Sequence record: SRR31156797_13057
Length of the DNA stretch: 40,960 bases
Reading direction: 5' to 3' (one strand)
Numbering within the stretch: position 1 is the first letter of the stretch; each line of letters starts with the position of its first letter. Shown here piece after piece: positions 37,245 through 40,960 of the stretch. The translations under genes were made by a program, and so were the position numbers. Under the pieces are notes generated by a model. That model was given only the letters and a program-made list of their open reading frames with translations. It had not been told where the DNA came from and searched no databases.

Positions 37245-37859
37245 ATGACCACGGACGCCACAGACATATCGCCGGAATACCTCCGCGCCTTTACAAAGGA
37301 CGAGATCAACGCCATGCCCCTTCGCCGATACGAAGGAGAAATCAAGGTTATCCGCACGGAAAAACAACGTGCCCAAGCCCTGAAAGAAATGACAAGATAT
37401 GATCTCCTTGGTTTCGACACTGAAACACGTCCCGTGTTCAAAAAAGGCAAAAAACCAGGGCCACCGTCCCTTCTTCAATTGGCGACAGCGGACTGCGCCT
37501 ATGTCTTTCAGATCAACATCCTTCCCATGGATGATGGCCTATGCGATCTGTTGGCCAACAAAAATATCATCAAGACCGGTGTTGCCGTCCGTGATGACAT
37601 TTTGGGCCTGCAACGCCTAGCCAAATTCAAGCCAAGTGGATTCATAGACCTGTCCGATGTATCCGCCAAAGCCAGAATGCAAACGCACGGCTTGCGCAAT
37701 ATGGCTGCCAATCTCCTTGGATTCCGTATCTCCAAATCCGCACAGTGTTCCAACTGGGCCAAAGAAAAACTCACGCCGCAACAGGTCAACTATGCGGCCA
37801 CCGATGCCTGGATCAGCCGGGAACTCTATGTCGCTTTGGATGAATTGGGCCTGACCTAA
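37245..37859 (+). CDS. DEDDy 3'-5' exonuclease (WRN-exo/RNase D-like)
   Basis: LGFDTETRP (ExoI), LLQLAT, DDILGL, GLRNM, SNWAKEKLTPQQVNYAATDA (ExoIII). Confidence 0.9.
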   Translation: MTTDATDISPEYLRAFTKDEINAMPLRRYEGEIKVIRTEKQRAQALKEMTRYDLLGFDTETRPVFKKGKKPGPPSLLQLATADCAYVFQINILPMDDGLCDLLANKNIIKTGVAVRDDILGLQRLAKFKPSGFIDLSDVSAKARMQTHGLRNMAANLLGFRISKSAQCSNWAKEKLTPQQVNYAATDAWISRELYVALDELGLT

Positions 37860-37921
37860 TCTTCACTTCGTTTCGTCTCACTCTCCGCAAAACACCTCCC
37901 TTCAAGTATTCGAGAAGGACT

Positions 37922-37939
37922 CTGGCATATTACGTGCAA
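37922..37939 (+). promoter_or_regulatory. Sigma-54 (-24/-12) promoter
   Basis: CTGGCAT-ATTAC-GTGCAA has GG-N10-GC spacing and lies about 100 bp upstream of the ATG at 38041. Confidence 0.65.
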
Positions 37940-38040
37940 TCTTTCTTCAGGTGGGTAAATCATGCCCTCAGCTTGCCATTTTTATGACAGGCCACAACAA
38001 CAATCAAAACGCATCAACCTGAATACATTGGATTGTTTTC

Positions 38041-39255
38041 ATGAAACAGCAAAATAGCCCCGCCCCGGACACCACCAAAAGTTCTCAGGCTGTCCATGGG
38101 TTGACCTATCAATTCAGCCCCAAGGTTGTCGTCATTGCCGGCCCCCCTGCTGGCGGGAAAAGTTATGCGGCCAAACTCCTTGCCGAGAATTACGGCTATG
38201 CATTGTTACGATTGGATGCCATCACACCACTGGTTGCCAACAAATACGGAGGCGATATTGAAACAGTTCGCCAGCCTGGTACTTATCAGGACTTCAAGGA
38301 TCACTTTGCCCAGCTCCTAAGAAGAAATCGGTATCAAAATATTGTTCTTGAAGGCTGTCGTATGAGCCACCCTCATATCCATCAAGGATTTATGGATGCT
38401 TTGCACGACATATATTCGCCGTATACCATTGTTCAAAATTTCTATCTAAATCCTTCCAGAGAAGTTCGCATGGAGCGATTCCTCCTGCGTAAAATCCGAC
38501 AGGCCAAACAGGCAATCAAGGGTGGCACCCCAAACGCGAACACCTCGCAGGTTTTTTGCGACATGCTGGAGCCAGTCCTCCCCTCTTTCTCCGAGATCGA
38601 AGATTCCGAGGCCATCACCCAATGGGCTATCGATAATCAGGATGTTATCCACCCCGGAGTCCCCGAGAATGATCGAAACGTTTTCAAAACGGTTGCCGAG
38701 GCCAAATCCTTCAATCCTTTTTATCAGACAATTGAGTACAACGGACGCACTCTTGTTCCCGGTTTTACCCTCTCTCCACTGGCTTGGCAGAACATCCTCA
38801 AGCTCGGCGTTAATTTTCAGGGCAAAAGTCTGTGCGACTATGGTTGTATGCACGGCTATTACACGTTCAAGGCTGAGGAAGCGGGTGCGATGGGTGTTGG
38901 CGTAGATATGGATCAAGGGGCTGTTGACTTGTCCAACTATCTGGCTTCGGTCAAGCAGTCGGACTGCCATTTCATGGTTTACGACATCACCACTCCACTC
39001 AACCAGAAGTACGACATCATTCTCGCTTTAAACGTCTTGCATAGGACGGGGAAGTTCGAACTGACCACTGAAATCATGTTCGAACACTGCAATGAATGCA
39101 TCCTCGAGGTGGGAGAATCGCAGTTACCGATCATCATCGGTGAAGGCACCCGGCAGGGATTCAAACTCAAGCGAAATATTCCGTCCCATAGACAACAGTC
39201 CTGCATCGGACCTCGAAGAGTGTTACACATGGTTCGCCAAGAGGGTAGGAAGTGA
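38041..39255 (+). CDS. Fusion of P-loop (NMP-kinase-like) domain and class I SAM-dependent methyltransferase
   Basis: N-terminal [28 protein letters not shown] lid; C-terminal [29 protein letters not shown]. Confidence 0.78.
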   Translation: MKQQNSPAPDTTKSSQAVHGLTYQFSPKVVVIAGPPAGGKSYAAKLLAENYGYALLRLDAITPLVANKYGGDIETVRQPGTYQDFKDHFAQLLRRNRYQNIVLEGCRMSHPHIHQGFMDALHDIYSPYTIVQNFYLNPSREVRMERFLLRKIRQAKQAIKGGTPNANTSQVFCDMLEPVLPSFSEIEDSEAITQWAIDNQDVIHPGVPENDRNVFKTVAEAKSFNPFYQTIEYNGRTLVPGFTLSPLAWQNILKLGVNFQGKSLCDYGCMHGYYTFKAEEAGAMGVGVDMDQGAVDLSNYLASVKQSDCHFMVYDITTPLNQKYDIILALNVLHRTGKFELTTEIMFEHCNECILEVGESQLPIIIGEGTRQGFKLKRNIPSHRQQSCIGPRRVLHMVRQEGRK

Positions 39256-40241
39256 AGCGCATAGCCTGGGTCGGTGGATATTACTTCAGACCTCATAATG
39301 CCGAAAAACGGGGTGTGGATGTCGTCAACATCCCCATTACCGATCCCACGACAATGACTTGGGATACGATCCTCGACCATTGCAATGGCAAACCGGATAT
39401 ATTGCTGTATGCGGATCGAAGTGTGCCGCCGCCCCTGCTCGGTATTGAGAAATTTCCGTGTCCTACGGCTTTTTATGCCATCGATTCACATATCCATTCA
39501 TGGTACCCCATGTATGCGCAGGCCTTTGATCTTGCGATAGTCAGCCTGCGTGACCACATGCCTCGTTTCCGTCAAAGATTGACCGACGATCAAGTCCTTT
39601 GGTTACCGCCATATCCCATACGAGAAGAACAACCACCGTCTCAACCGCCCAAAAAGGACTGGGATTTATTGTTTGCAGGAAATGTGGACAAGGAGACAAC
39701 TCCGGCTCGATACGAATTCCTCAAGGAACTTAAGGCACGTTTTCCCAACCTTGAAGTCCGCCAAGGGACTTTTGGAGAACTCTTCCCGCGTGCCAAGGTC
39801 GTCTTGAATATCGCCGAACATGGTGATCTGAATTTTCGTGTATTTGAAGCACTGGCAACAGGAGCCTGCCTGGTCACACCAGAAGTTGGACACGGACAAT
39901 CACTCCTGTTCACAAACGGCGAGCATCTTGTGACATATCCCGCTGATGACATGGATCAACTCATTCAAACGGTCTGTGAACTACTAGATGATGACGCACG
40001 CAGAGAAGCAATAGCCAAGGCTGGATTTGATGAAGTAAATGCGAAACATCGCCCAACGCACCGATTCGAAACGCTCATGGATGCCATGGACTCCATCCCA
40101 AACAAGACTGTCCAGAATCGACTTGAAAACACCAAATATATCCACGCCAAATATCTCAAACTGCTCTACCTGCATCTGGCCGAAGCCTATACGGACACGA
40201 AACTCGGCAACGCATACTTGAAAGCGGCCCTGATAAAATAG
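39252..40241 (+). CDS. GT-B glycosyltransferase (CgeB / Glyco_trans_1_2-like)
   Basis: [47 protein letters not shown]. The GTG start overlaps the upstream TGA (GTGA). Confidence 0.85.
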   Translation: MKRIAWVGGYYFRPHNAEKRGVDVVNIPITDPTTMTWDTILDHCNGKPDILLYADRSVPPPLLGIEKFPCPTAFYAIDSHIHSWYPMYAQAFDLAIVSLRDHMPRFRQRLTDDQVLWLPPYPIREEQPPSQPPKKDWDLLFAGNVDKETTPARYEFLKELKARFPNLEVRQGTFGELFPRAKVVLNIAEHGDLNFRVFEALATGACLVTPEVGHGQSLLFTNGEHLVTYPADDMDQLIQTVCELLDDDARREAIAKAGFDEVNAKHRPTHRFETLMDAMDSIPNKTVQNRLENTKYIHAKYLKLLYLHLAEAYTDTKLGNAYLKAALIK

Positions 40242-40248
40242 GCCGCTT

Positions 40249-40677
40249 TCAATATTCGCCGTTCAAGTTCGGCATCTTTCTCTGTTTTTTCCGCTGACTG
40301 GTTTGCTGCTTTCGCTCTAACCGCCGCCGCTTGGACGACTTTGGAACCGCCGTTTTTCTCCGGGGAATCACAGGTTTGAGCGCCCATTGCATCAGTTCAA
40401 TAAACCGTTCAATAGCAGAATCCTTGTTGGATTTCTGGCTACGAAACTTTTGGCTGGTCACACGTAAAACACCCCGTTTATCCACCCGTCGACGAAGCTT
40501 CCCCTTGACCGCCACCTTCTGCAATTGGGTCAAGCTTGAAGATTTATCCACATTGAAAAGCAGTGTTACCCGCGTATCAGCCGTGTTCACATGTTGCCCG
40601 CCCGGGCCGGAACTTCGACTGGTGATAAAACGTATTTCTTCATAAGGGATGATTATTTTCTCAGTAATGCGCAACAT
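40249..40677 (-). CDS. arfB: Alternative ribosome rescue peptidyl-tRNA hydrolase
   Basis: RSSGPGGQHVN (GGQ), RSQKSNK, basic C-terminal tail KRRRLERK...KKQR. Confidence 0.93.
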   Translation of the reverse strand: MLRITEKIIIPYEEIRFITSRSSGPGGQHVNTADTRVTLLFNVDKSSSLTQLQKVAVKGKLRRRVDKRGVLRVTSQKFRSQKSNKDSAIERFIELMQWALKPVIPRRKTAVPKSSKRRRLERKQQTSQRKKQRKMPNLNGEY

Positions 40678-40794
40678 GGAGGGGAGCCTGCCACGGTGGG
40701 CTTTGGGGTGCAAGTTTCTTTTGTTTGAGGAATGTGGACGTCTCCCAATCCGGCCTTTGTCGGATTGGTCATCTCCTTATTGTTATGGACTGTC

Positions 40795-40959
40795 TTGCGT
40801 GCTTTCGCAGTGAGGTGGCAACCGATATTATTGCAAAGGTTTCGCCTTTACAGTGACTTGCTCCTTTCGGGGAGGAAGTAGGGACTTTTATTTTGGGGGG
40901 CGTTGCGTGCTTCCGCAGTGAGAATGCAAGCGGTATTATTGTAAAGGTTTCGCCTTTAC
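40795..40959. repeat. Two 57-bp imperfect direct repeats with internal hairpins
   Basis: 40795-40851 and 40903-40959 match at 50/57 positions by manual alignment, with a 108-bp period. Each ends in the hairpin AAAGG-TTTCG-CCTTT. The array may continue beyond the window edge. Confidence 0.85.
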
Positions 40960-40960
40960 G

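Noticed and set aside
40795-40959. CRISPR interpretation of the direct repeats
   Set aside because: Only two copies are visible, 57 bp long with 7 mismatches, with a structured spacer and no cas genes.

Overview
Chromosomal window from a sulfate-reducing deltaproteobacterium (Desulfovibrio/Pseudodesulfovibrio-like, inferred from the tmc genes, cytochrome c553 and the two-component gene style). In order, it holds: an Opp/Dpp-type ABC transporter operon with a divergent M20 peptidase; a ModA-like binding protein / PAS hybrid kinase / REC-HD-GYP signalling operon; cytochrome c553; an orphan, sigma-54-preceded tadE-tadE-tadG trio; the tmcDCBA redox complex; a Cache kinase, three stand-alone receivers and a PEP-synthase-like phosphotransfer protein; a doubly anchored lipoprotein and a DUF748 protein; moaE-moaA; ispH; a TetR/CecR regulator; glutaminyl cyclase; lgt; a soluble protein that appears to be two MotA cytoplasmic domains without membrane helices; a TPR-like secreted protein; a 3'-5' exonuclease; a sigma-54-preceded kinase-methyltransferase fusion plus glycosyltransferase; arfB; and structured intergenic repeats. 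I saw no tRNA, rRNA, CRISPR array, transposase or prophage. The best candidates for undescribed biology are the soluble tandem MotA-like protein, the kinase-methyltransferase/glycosyltransferase pair, the ModA-like sensing to c-di-GMP module and the PEP-synthase-like signalling cluster. All family calls come from reading motifs by eye, not from database searches.
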